This document shows, piece by piece, positions 9,553 through 18,548 of a stretch of DNA of 64,000 nucleotides. Made by a program: the position numbers and the translations under genes. Location of the stretch: contig OZ242318.1 in the NCBI GenBank assembly GCA_965208105.1, positions 4,224,001 through 4,288,000 on the forward strand. The letters run 5' to 3'. The stretch is from Candidatus Latescibacterota bacterium. Lineage in GTDB: Bacteria > Latescibacterota > UBA2968 > UBA8231. Positions within the stretch are counted from its first letter, which is position 1, and each line of letters opens with the position of its first letter. The notes beneath the pieces are model-generated. The model saw only the letters and a list, made by a program, of their open reading frames with translations, did no database searches and had not been told where the DNA came from.

Positions 9553-10365
9553 TCATTTCCTCCCATCGGCCAAGTCTTCGAGAAGTCGCCTGTATCCTTC
9601 CCTTCCCTTTTCCTCCCATTCCTCCAGAAGAGCAGATCCTACAATCGCCATCTCGACAGCACCTTGCAGGCCCCGCAGGTCCTCACCGTCCCGCAGCCCG
9701 AATCCCAGCCCCAGGGGCAGTTCGGTGGCGCCGCGACATTCCCGGACGAATGAATTCAACTCCTTGTCCAGGTCCGTCTTCCTGCCCGTCACCCCTTTGC
9801 GGGCAACTGCGTAGACGAAGCCGCGGGAATGCCTGCCGATCGCCTCCATGCGGGCCCTGGTATTGGTGGGCGCCATGAGCAGAATCGGACTCAGATGCCG
9901 TTTCTCGCTCAAGGCAAACAGATTCCCGTACTCTTCGAATGGCAGGTCCGGGAGGATGAAACCCGCGGCCCCGGCCTCTCTCAGGCGCGCGCAGAATTCA
10001 GTGTGGCCCAGGCGAAATGCCACGTTGTAATACCCCATCATCAGGTGTGGGAAATCGAATGAGCTGGTCGCCCTCCGCATGAAATCGAAATACTGCTCGA
10101 GGCGCATCCCCTGCCGCAGCGCCAGCTGGTTGGCACGGGCGAAGGTAGGGCCGTCGGCGACAGGCTCGCTGAATGGCATCTGCAATTCCACCATGTCGAC
10201 CCCCACCTCCTGCATGATTTCCAGCATCTGCCAGTTGGCATCCAGGGAAGGATATCCTGCGATCACGTGGGTCATGAGGAGAATTCTCCTGGTGGCCAGG
10301 CGCTCGCGGATGTAGTCCGTCAGGTCCGCAACTTGACTGCCTTGTCCATGAGAAATTGATTCCAA
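9553..10365 (-). CDS. trpA: Tryptophan synthase alpha chain (start uncertain)
   Basis: GYPS, ELQMPFSEPVADGPT, PDLP, GVTG, GFG, IVGSAL; immediately downstream of trpB. Confidence 0.93.
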   Translation of the reverse strand: MESISHGQGSQVADLTDYIRERLATRRILLMTHVIAGYPSLDANWQMLEIMQEVGVDMVELQMPFSEPVADGPTFARANQLALRQGMRLEQYFDFMRRATSSFDFPHLMMGYYNVAFRLGHTEFCARLREAGAAGFILPDLPFEEYGNLFALSEKRHLSPILLMAPTNTRARMEAIGRHSRGFVYAVARKGVTGRKTDLDKELNSFVRECRGATELPLGLGFGLRDGEDLRGLQGAVEMAIVGSALLEEWEEKGREGYRRLLEDLADGRK

Positions 10366-11570
10366 TTCTCGTCCTCCAGTGCGTCGCCGATGGTGAAGAT
10401 GTCCTTGTCTCCCCGCCCTGACAGGTTGATCAGAACAATTTGCTCCCGGCCCATTTCGCCTGCCTCGCGCAATGCTCCCGCTACGGCATGGGTGCTTTCG
10501 AGGGCCCCGATGATGCCCTCGGCCTTCATGAGCCGCTTCAGCGCCTCAACCACCTCTGCGTCCGTGGCTGCTTCGATCCGCACCCTTCCCATCTCGTGCA
10601 AATGTGCCAGGATGGGGCTTACGCCGATGTAGTCGAGTCCGGCCGATACCGAGTGAGTGTGACGCATTTGACCTTCGCCGTCCTGAAAGAAGAAGGTCTT
10701 GTAGCCCTGGGCCACCCCGGGGGCCCCGACCGACCGCGTCAGTCGGGCGGCGTGACGGCCGCTCTCCAGACCCAGGCCTCCGGCTTCGATGCCGACCAGT
10801 TCCACATCCTCGTCATCCAGAAAGCCAAGGAACATGCCGGTCGCATTGGAACCGCCGCCGACGCATGCGTAAACCCGGTCGGGCAGCCTGCCGGTGCGGG
10901 CAAGAACCTGCTCCCGGCTCTCGGTTCCGATCACGCGCTGGAAATAGGCCACCATCTGGGGGAACGGATGGGGACCACAGGCAGTTCCCAGAACGTAGTG
11001 TGTATCCCCCATGGAGAAGGCCCAGTCGCGAAAACACTCGTTGATGGCGTCCTTGAGGGTTGCCGATCCGTCTTCCACCGATACCACCTCGGCACCCAGT
11101 TGCTCCATCCAGAACACGTTGGGGCGCTGGCGCTCAACGTCCACGGCACCCATATAGATCCTGCATTCCAACCCCAGGCGGGCGGCCATGGTCGCCGTCG
11201 CAACCCCATGTTGGCCAGCCCCGGTTTCCGCAATGACACGCCTCTTTCCCATGCGCTTCACCAGCAGCCCCTGGCCCATCACATTGTTGGCTTTGTGCGC
11301 TCCTGTATGGTTCAGGTCCTCGCGTTTGAGGTAGAGCTGCGCACTGCCCAATTCGGCGCTGAGGTTTTCCAGCGCGGTGAGAGGGGTAGGACGGCATGAA
11401 TAGGTTTGCATCACATGAAGATAGTCCTCCCAGAAGGACCCATCGCCGCGGGCGTCCTCGAAGGCCGCGATCAACTCGTCCAGAGTCGTCCGCAGAATTT
11501 CGGGGACGAACGCTCCTCCGTAGGAGCCGTAATAGCCCTCCCGTTCGAATTCAAAGAGTTCTTTCAGCAT
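10320..11570 (-). CDS. trpB: Tryptophan synthase beta chain
   Basis: LKREDLNHTGAHK, AETGAGQHGVA, GPHPFP, CVGGGSNA, SAGLDY, NLSGRGDKD. Confidence 0.97.
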   Translation of the reverse strand: MLKELFEFEREGYYGSYGGAFVPEILRTTLDELIAAFEDARGDGSFWEDYLHVMQTYSCRPTPLTALENLSAELGSAQLYLKREDLNHTGAHKANNVMGQGLLVKRMGKRRVIAETGAGQHGVATATMAARLGLECRIYMGAVDVERQRPNVFWMEQLGAEVVSVEDGSATLKDAINECFRDWAFSMGDTHYVLGTACGPHPFPQMVAYFQRVIGTESREQVLARTGRLPDRVYACVGGGSNATGMFLGFLDDEDVELVGIEAGGLGLESGRHAARLTRSVGAPGVAQGYKTFFFQDGEGQMRHTHSVSAGLDYIGVSPILAHLHEMGRVRIEAATDAEVVEALKRLMKAEGIIGALESTHAVAGALREAGEMGREQIVLINLSGRGDKDIFTIGDALEDENWNQFLMDKAVKLRT

Positions 11571-11745
11571 GAGCCTGTCCTGGTGACGGGTCTCCAGGTC
11601 ATTATTGAAGGGAGGCGAAGATTCTTCCCGGATTGCATCATTACCTGGACGTGTTCCCAGATGAAACGCGGCATGCAGGACCCGGGCACATCGATCGAAT
11701 CGAGGACCTGCCGTGCATTGGTCTCGAGGTGAGGGGGAGGGACTG

Positions 11746-11885
11746 GTGCCTGCCTGGGCAGGTCCCCGCGAATTCGGCCGCCGCCCCGCGTCCCGTCCCA
11801 CGGGGTTGCACCCGCTCAGGCGTATTGCGAGGGGTGGGTTTCGAGGCCCTCGTTTCGCAGGCTTGAATTCGCCGGCAGGAGCTAG
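11746..11885 (+). repeat. Degenerate hairpin repeat (MITE-family core lacking the inner hairpin)
   Basis: CACGGGGTTGC..CGCTCAGGCGTATTGCGAG resembles core CACGGCGTTGC..CGCTCAGGCGCCTTGTGAG; ends at the CTAG stop of the S1-domain gene. Confidence 0.45.
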
Positions 11886-13195
11886 CTGATCAGTTTGGCG
11901 CGCTGGAGGGCGTCCACCATGGCGTTGACACTCTGAGAATCCTCTCCGGCCTTTTTCTGACTTTTTTGAAATTCCTTCAGGTTGCTGTCCGCCTCAAACT
12001 TTTCGACCTGTTTAATGGACAGGCTCAGACGGCGCCGACGGTGGTCCAGTGCAAGGACGGTAACCTTAACCTCGTCGCCGACCGAAACGACATCGCCGGG
12101 GTGAGCCACGTGCTTTTCTGCCAGTTCGGATACGTGCACCATGCCGCGGACGTCGGGTGCAACCTCGACAAAAGCCCCGTAGTTTTCCACCGCGTCAATC
12201 TTGCCCTTGACTACGGATCCGGGGGGAAACTGCCGGCGGATCTCGTCCCAGGGATCTTTCTCCAGAGCCTTGAGGGAGAGCGAGATTCTCTCCCGCCTTT
12301 TGTCGCCCAGGTCTTTGAGCTTGACGACGACCACTCTCACCTCCTGCCCCTTCTGCAACACCTCGCGCGGATGCTCAACTCTTTTGTGGCTCAGCTCCGA
12401 AACGTGCAAGAGGCCCTCCAGGTTGCCGCCGATATCTACAAAAGCTCCAAAAGATTTCAGCCGCGTCACCGTCCCCTCCACTTCTACCCCCTCCTTGAGG
12501 TTTGCCCGGACTGCGTCCGAGACCTTGTTCTCCTCTTCCTCGAGCAAAGCCCTGCGGGAGACAACGATATCCCGGCCCTGGTGGCGAAACTTGATGATTT
12601 TGAAATTCAGGGTGCGATCGCGGTAGGATTCGGCATTTTCCACGTACCTGGTTTCGAGTTGCGATAGTGGACAGAAGGCGCGGACGCCGCCCCGCAGGTT
12701 CACCCCGACTCCCCACTTGTTTACCGCCTCGACCTTGCCCTCTACCGGAATACCCGAACTGTATGCCTGGCGGATCACGTCCGTGCTCTGGTCTGCCAGG
12801 CGCAGGGAGCGGGTCAACAGGATTTCGTCCTGGTCGTCGGCAACATACACCTCCAGGGGGTCCCCTGGGGAAAAATGCAGTTCACCCTTTTCGTCCTGGA
12901 GCTCCGCGGTCTTGATGGTTCCCTCGCAGCGTCCGCCAAAGTCGACGAAGCTGTTTTCAGCTTCGACCTTGACGAGGACCCCGCTGACTCTGTCTCCCTT
13001 GTTCACATCCCGGCCCTCCCGGCGTTCCCCGTCCTCTTCGAGCATGCGGGCGAATGGCTTGTCAGCAGGGGATGTGGCCGGAGGGGGAGCGCCCCCCGTG
13101 GCCGCATTGGTATCGTCCTTCGCCTCGCTGCTTTCACCGGAATGGGCATGATTGTCCTCGGGAACTTCGCTCCGGGATTCTGGACTGTTCTCCAT
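11882..13195 (-). CDS. rpsA: Ribosomal protein S1-like protein with four S1 domains
   Basis: Repeated S1 motifs (FGAFVDIGGNLEGLLHVSELS, YGAFVEVAPDVRGMVHVSEL, RISLSLK, DPW); AAGGAG RBS; may be a secondary paralog. Confidence 0.82.
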   Translation of the reverse strand: MENSPESRSEVPEDNHAHSGESSEAKDDTNAATGGAPPPATSPADKPFARMLEEDGERREGRDVNKGDRVSGVLVKVEAENSFVDFGGRCEGTIKTAELQDEKGELHFSPGDPLEVYVADDQDEILLTRSLRLADQSTDVIRQAYSSGIPVEGKVEAVNKWGVGVNLRGGVRAFCPLSQLETRYVENAESYRDRTLNFKIIKFRHQGRDIVVSRRALLEEEENKVSDAVRANLKEGVEVEGTVTRLKSFGAFVDIGGNLEGLLHVSELSHKRVEHPREVLQKGQEVRVVVVKLKDLGDKRRERISLSLKALEKDPWDEIRRQFPPGSVVKGKIDAVENYGAFVEVAPDVRGMVHVSELAEKHVAHPGDVVSVGDEVKVTVLALDHRRRRLSLSIKQVEKFEADSNLKEFQKSQKKAGEDSQSVNAMVDALQRAKLIS

Positions 13196-13408
13196 CCTGC
13201 ACTCCTTTGAAGGAAAATTGCCTTCCGCGGAAGATTCGCGTATGTATCGGGTCTGCGACCCCATCCGGGAAGGACGGAACAATGCCCCGGTCTCCCGGAA
13301 TACCCGGGGGCGAGCTGACCCGCGATGGGTCAAGGTCTTCCGGGAGGAGGGTGGGCTGGACCAGGCAAGGACGTGCCGAGCCACCTCACCCGGAGAATCG
13401 AATGGTTT

Positions 13409-14380
13409 TCAACGGGGCAACAACAGGACCTTGCCACTGGTCTTCCTGCCCTGCAAAGCCCGGTGGGCATCCGCCGCGGCAGCCAGTTCAAAGCGATGGC
13501 CAATTCGCAGGTCGAGTTCCCCGCGCCCAATCCAATCCAGAACCGTACCGGACCTGGCGAGCAGCTCCTGGCGGCTTTGAACATAATGAACCAGGGATGG
13601 ACGAGTCAGAAAAAGCGAGCCCTTGGTGTTCAAAATGGCTGGATCGATGGGCTCTAGGGGTCCGCTGGACTGCCCGAAGAGCACCATGTAGCCCCTGGGC
13701 CGCAGCACATTCAATCCCTTTTCAAAGGTCGATCTGGCCACCGAATCGTAAACCACGTCCACACCTCTATCAGCGGTCAGCCGCATTACCTCCTCGGCAA
13801 AATCCTGTTCCGTATAGCGGATGATCTCGTCGGCGCCGGCCTGGCGGGCCAACTGCTCTTTTTCCTCGGTGGAAACCGTTCCGATCACCCGCGCTCCCGC
13901 TCGCCTGGCCATCTGCACCAGCAGCAGACCAACGCCGCCGGCTGCAGCGTGCACCAGGGCGGTGTGGCCCTCGTCCAGGGGAAAGGTACTGTGAGCCAGA
14001 TAGTGGGCGGTCATCCCCTGCAGCATGGCGGCGGCGCCCATCTCGCTGTCCACTTCGTCGGGCAAGGGCACCAGACGCTCGGCCGGCACCGCCGCCAATT
14101 CGGCGTAGGAGCCCATGACGCCCGCCCAGGCCACCCGATCACCAGGGTTGAACAGGGTCACCCCGGCCCCCACTGCCGCGACGGTTCCGGCGGCTTCCAT
14201 CCCGGGAGTACAGGGCAGGTCCACCGGGTAGAGGCCTTCGCGGAAGTAGGTATCGATGTAATTCAAGCCGATGGCATCGATCTCGACGATAACCTGCCCG
14301 GCCGCAGGAACAGGATCGGGCAGATCTTCGTAGCTCAGTACCTCAGGACCACCATGGCGATGGAAGCGAATGGCTTTCAC
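13409..14380 (-). CDS. qor: NADPH:quinone oxidoreductase (zeta-crystallin/QOR)
   Basis: GGPEVL, PGMEAAG, LQGMTAHYL, HAAAGGVG, GQSSG, KGSLFLTRPSL. Confidence 0.93.
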   Translation of the reverse strand: MKAIRFHRHGGPEVLSYEDLPDPVPAAGQVIVEIDAIGLNYIDTYFREGLYPVDLPCTPGMEAAGTVAAVGAGVTLFNPGDRVAWAGVMGSYAELAAVPAERLVPLPDEVDSEMGAAAMLQGMTAHYLAHSTFPLDEGHTALVHAAAGGVGLLLVQMARRAGARVIGTVSTEEKEQLARQAGADEIIRYTEQDFAEEVMRLTADRGVDVVYDSVARSTFEKGLNVLRPRGYMVLFGQSSGPLEPIDPAILNTKGSLFLTRPSLVHYVQSRQELLARSGTVLDWIGRGELDLRIGHRFELAAAADAHRALQGRKTSGKVLLLPR

Positions 14381-14550
14381 GAGGTGGATTCACTCACTTG
14401 AAGGAGGGTTGTAATGGACCACCTATACAAAGATCAGGGAAATAAACTTAAGTACTGCGGAAAGATAAGACAACCGGCCATGCGAGAGGACAGCCGCAAT
14501 CGTCCAGGGGCCCGTCGGTAAGGTCGTCCACGTTCCGGACCTGCTTCCTT

Positions 14551-15681
14551 TCATCCGATTTTTTTCATGGCCTCCACGAAGCGCAGCACATCCTCTTCGC
14601 CGTTGTAGAGATGGCCCGACACCCGCACCCGGCCGGAGTCCCCCCACACCAGGACTCGATGGCGGGCAAGCCGATCCTGCACCCCTTCGGCATCGGTGGC
14701 CAGAAAGCTTGTATTGCCGGAACGGGACCCATATACGGAGGGGGAAATCACGGAATGTCCAAGCTGCTCGAGATCGGAGCTGATGCGTTCGGACAGCGCG
14801 CGCGCATGGGCCTGGATCCGCCCGATTCCGATTTCCAGGATCAGGTCGAGGGATTTATCGAGCAACAAGGCCACCAGCATCGCCGTGTTGGCGGGCTCCA
14901 GCTTCTCGGGCATTGGCAAGACGGCAACCTCCGGCGGGCATCTGGTTCTCCAGTCCCTCGACGCGGCCAGGTTGTGCCAACCGAAACAGGTGGCCTCCAC
15001 CTGAGCTTCGGCGCGCTCGCTCAGATAGCACGACGCCAGCCCGTGAGTTGCGAGCAACCACTTGTAGGAGCTGCTGACGCACAGGTCGGTGAGAGCCGCC
15101 GGCACTTCGACCACGCCGGAGGCATGGGTTGCATCCAGCGCCGTGAGGACCCCCAGGGGACGTACGCCTTCCGAGAGCTGCTCCACGTTGAGGCACTGCC
15201 CGGTAAAAAAGCTCACCTGACTCAGGGCGAGAACCCGGGTGCGGGAATCGACGGCTTCCAGTAGATCTTCCTCGGTCACCACCCAGTTCCGGTGAGCGAC
15301 CCTTCTCACCTCAACGCCCTCGTGGCGCAATCCTCGCCAGGCATACGCGACGGAGGGGAATTCCAGATCGGAGGTGACGATGTTGTCTCCCGGCCGCCAC
15401 GCGATTCCGCGCGCCAGCCAGTTCAGCCCCTCTGAAGCCGAGGGCATGAACCCGATGCGATCGGCGGGAACTCCCCAGAGGCGCCCCATCTTGCGGCGAC
15501 AGCGTTCCACCCCCTCCAGCATCCGGCTCCTGCCCGGCGCTCCGCCACTCTTCAAGCGGACGAAGTCTGCATACGCCGCATCGTGCCTTTTGAGCCATGG
15601 CGCCTCTCCGCCCGTGCACAGGTGCGTGACTCCTTCAATGCCGGCGAACTCGTCCGGGGAAACCAGGGGTTCAATTGCCAA
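14551..15681 (-). CDS. Aminotransferase class V-fold PLP enzyme
   Basis: DLEFPS, LDATHASG, SSYKWLL (PLP lysine), RVSGHLYN. Confidence 0.88.
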   Translation of the reverse strand: MAIEPLVSPDEFAGIEGVTHLCTGGEAPWLKRHDAAYADFVRLKSGGAPGRSRMLEGVERCRRKMGRLWGVPADRIGFMPSASEGLNWLARGIAWRPGDNIVTSDLEFPSVAYAWRGLRHEGVEVRRVAHRNWVVTEEDLLEAVDSRTRVLALSQVSFFTGQCLNVEQLSEGVRPLGVLTALDATHASGVVEVPAALTDLCVSSSYKWLLATHGLASCYLSERAEAQVEATCFGWHNLAASRDWRTRCPPEVAVLPMPEKLEPANTAMLVALLLDKSLDLILEIGIGRIQAHARALSERISSDLEQLGHSVISPSVYGSRSGNTSFLATDAEGVQDRLARHRVLVWGDSGRVRVSGHLYNGEEDVLRFVEAMKKIG

Positions 15682-15955
15682 GTCAGCTGCCTCCTCCAGA
15701 ATTTTCAGCGGCTCATCGACAGCCAGGCCGCGGATCTCTGCCGCCTTCCCGCCGCCGCCCCAGTGGCCGCGGGGTTGCTCTCTTGCCCGGCAAGTGGAAA
15801 GAAAGGCGGCTTCGATGGGCGCGCTAGGTACGGCAAATTTCCGGCCGTGTCAAGCGGCGCCCCGCGTTGATCGGGAGCAGGCAGTTCCTTAGTTTAAGGG
15901 GCAGATGCAGCGAATTCATTCGCAGGTCCGGTATTCACTCACAGAGGGGACGACT

Positions 15956-17323
15956 ATGCCGCCGATGGAAGGCTTCGACCACCAGGAAATCATAGAGCAG
16001 GACCGCGCCCATGTCTGGCACCCGATGATGCAGCACCAGCTTCTGAAGGAGCGGGACCTGCTGCTGGTTAACGAGGGCAGAGGAGTCCACATCGTGGACG
16101 GAAACGGCAAGTCCTACATAGACGCTATCGCAGGGATCTGGAACGTGACTCTGGGCTACGGGCGCGATGAAATCGCGGAGGCCGCCTTCGACCAGATGAA
16201 GAAACTGCCCTTCTCCTCACATGCCATGGTCAACGAGCCGGCAGCCCGGTTGTCCGCGCAACTCGCCCGGATCCTTCCCGGAGATCTGCAGCATACCTTC
16301 TTCATCAACAGCGGATCCGAGGCCGCGGAAACAGCGCTCAAGATCGCCCGCCAGTACGGCAGGCAGAAGTACCCCGGCGAGGGACGCTACAAGATCATCT
16401 CGCGCTATCAGGGCTATCACGGCTTTACCATGGGGGCCCTGTCGGCCACGGGGCAGGTGGGACGGCGCAACCGGTTCGAGCCCCTGGTCCCCGGATTTCT
16501 GCACGTGGACCCGCCTTACTGCTACCGCTGTCCCCTGAAGTTGGACTATCCCTCCTGCGGCGTGGCCTGTGCCGAAGAGATCGAGGAGGTCATCATCAGG
16601 GAAGGAGCGGGCACGGTCGCCGCGGTAATTGCCGAGCCTATAATCGGCGGCGGAGGCGTGCTCGTGCCCCCCGACGAGTATCTTCCCAAACTGCGCCGGA
16701 TCTGCGACCGTTATGGTATTCTGCTCATCCTCGACGAGGTGATCACAGGGTTCGGCCGCACCGGGAGACCTTTCGCTGCGGAGCACTGGGATGTGGTTCC
16801 CGACATAATGATAACAGCCAAGGGCGTGACCAGCGGCTACCTGCCCCTTGGGGCATGCACGGTTACTTCAGAGGTCTTCGAGGTCTTTATGGGGACACCG
16901 GGGGAGGAGCGGGAGTTCGCCCAGATTTCCACCTGCGGCGGCCATCCGGTATGCTGCGCAGCGGCCAGTGCCGCGGTCGGCATCCTCGTCCGCGAAAGGC
17001 TGTGGGAGAACGCCGCCACCGTGGGAGCCTATCTCCTGGAAAAGCTGCAGGCGCTCGAATCCCCCTTCCTTGGCGACGTGCGGGGGAAGGGAATGATGAT
17101 CGGGGTGGAACTTGTAGGCGCGGACGGAGAGATGCTCGACGCGGGACGCGCTGCGCTGGTGCAGGAGAAGATGAAGGAAGAGGGAATGCTGGTGGGGCGC
17201 ATGAGCCGCGCCATGGTAGGGCCCGAGAGCGTCTTCCTGGTGGCGCCCCCGCTGGTTCTGACCGAGGACGAGGCGGACAGCATTGTGGAGATTTTCCGCC
17301 TGGGCTTGGCGAGCATAGAGTAA
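15956..17323 (+). CDS. Aminotransferase class III (omega-amino acid/BioA-like)
   Basis: NSGSEA, YHG, EPIIGGGG, DEVITGFGRTG, AKGVTSGYLP. Confidence 0.93.
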   Translation: MPPMEGFDHQEIIEQDRAHVWHPMMQHQLLKERDLLLVNEGRGVHIVDGNGKSYIDAIAGIWNVTLGYGRDEIAEAAFDQMKKLPFSSHAMVNEPAARLSAQLARILPGDLQHTFFINSGSEAAETALKIARQYGRQKYPGEGRYKIISRYQGYHGFTMGALSATGQVGRRNRFEPLVPGFLHVDPPYCYRCPLKLDYPSCGVACAEEIEEVIIREGAGTVAAVIAEPIIGGGGVLVPPDEYLPKLRRICDRYGILLILDEVITGFGRTGRPFAAEHWDVVPDIMITAKGVTSGYLPLGACTVTSEVFEVFMGTPGEEREFAQISTCGGHPVCCAAASAAVGILVRERLWENAATVGAYLLEKLQALESPFLGDVRGKGMMIGVELVGADGEMLDAGRAALVQEKMKEEGMLVGRMSRAMVGPESVFLVAPPLVLTEDEADSIVEIFRLGLASIE

Positions 17324-17357
17324 GACCCGCGCGGCGGGAACGATGCTGTCCCGTGGT

Positions 17358-18509
17358 TCATTCCCCTCCTCCCCCATTCGGCACGATGGTCGCTTTGACG
17401 CATCGCATGGCAAGGACGCTCTCGGTTGCTTCCTCGATACCCTCCTCGGTAAAGGGGAACCGGGTCTGCATGTCTCCCCATGGGTAGCGGTCCCGGGCGC
17501 GCTGCAGCATGTCGATCGCCAGGGGAATGTCGTTGGCGGTAAAGGCCCAGCTTCCCAGAAGATTGATGTCCTTGGCGCATATGCGGTGCCAGTTGGTGTC
17601 TATGGATCCTGCGTCGGTAAACTGGCCCATCTCCACATAGGTCCCGCCATCGCGCAGCATCTCGATTCCCTCCGGACCCGCTGAAGGATGTCCGCTGCAG
17701 TCGACAACCACGTCCGCTCCGAAACCGCCGACCCTGTCGCGCACCGCATCGATGCGCTCCTGCGCCGTATCGAAGGTCTCGATCGAAACCGTCTCCTCGG
17801 CTCCGAAGCGGCGGCAGAGGGCCAGACGAGGTTCTTCGGGAGCTCCCACCACCACCACCCGGCCGGCTCCCATCTCGCGCGCGGCGGCGACCATCAACAG
17901 TCCAATGGGGCCCGATCCCTGAACAACCACAGTGTCCCCGATCCGGAATCCCTGCACTCCAATTGCCCTGTTCAAGGCGCGGATGCAGGAGGTGAGCGGC
18001 TCTGAAAGCGACCCCAGCATCAGGGGCATGCTGTCCGGCAGGCGATAGATCTTGGTGGCCGGCAGCATCTCCAGGTCCACGTAGACCATTTCGGACCAGC
18101 CGCCCCACAAATGCGGCGGCTTCGAGAAGGGCAGGTATCGGCCGTAGTAGGTTGGATTCAGACAGCGGTTGGCATTTTGCGGGTAGTGCAGGCAGTAGTG
18201 GCACTCGCCGCAGGGCATCAGCGGCGGAAGCATGACCTTGGCTCCAACGCTCAAAGGATTGCCCATGAAGTCCGCTTCGAGTCCCGGCCCTTTTTCCTCG
18301 ATCACCCCGGCCAGTTCGTGTCCCAAGGTAAACGGCCAGGGCAGGGACCCGGGCCAATGGCCCCTGAGAATGTGCATATCCGTTCCGCAGACGCCGCAGG
18401 CATCGATTCGTATCAATGCCGCCTTGTGCGGAACGCGCGGCCGGGGCACGGTCCTGATCCTGGGCCTGGCCCCGGGGCCATCGAAAGTTGCGACGCGTAC
18501 GGTGGACAT
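17358..18509 (-). CDS. Zinc-binding (MDR) dehydrogenase
   Basis: CGVCGTD, GHE, CGECHYC..C structural Zn site, GSGPIG. Confidence 0.92.
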   Translation of the reverse strand: MSTVRVATFDGPGARPRIRTVPRPRVPHKAALIRIDACGVCGTDMHILRGHWPGSLPWPFTLGHELAGVIEEKGPGLEADFMGNPLSVGAKVMLPPLMPCGECHYCLHYPQNANRCLNPTYYGRYLPFSKPPHLWGGWSEMVYVDLEMLPATKIYRLPDSMPLMLGSLSEPLTSCIRALNRAIGVQGFRIGDTVVVQGSGPIGLLMVAAAREMGAGRVVVVGAPEEPRLALCRRFGAEETVSIETFDTAQERIDAVRDRVGGFGADVVVDCSGHPSAGPEGIEMLRDGGTYVEMGQFTDAGSIDTNWHRICAKDINLLGSWAFTANDIPLAIDMLQRARDRYPWGDMQTRFPFTEEGIEEATESVLAMRCVKATIVPNGGGGE

Positions 18510-18548
18510 TGGCGATCTCGCTTTCAACGATCTCGAAAGAACGATTCC

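Noticed and set aside
11571-11881. Trp attenuator or leader peptide upstream of trpB
   Set aside because: No tandem Trp codons on the minus strand and no terminator with a U-tract
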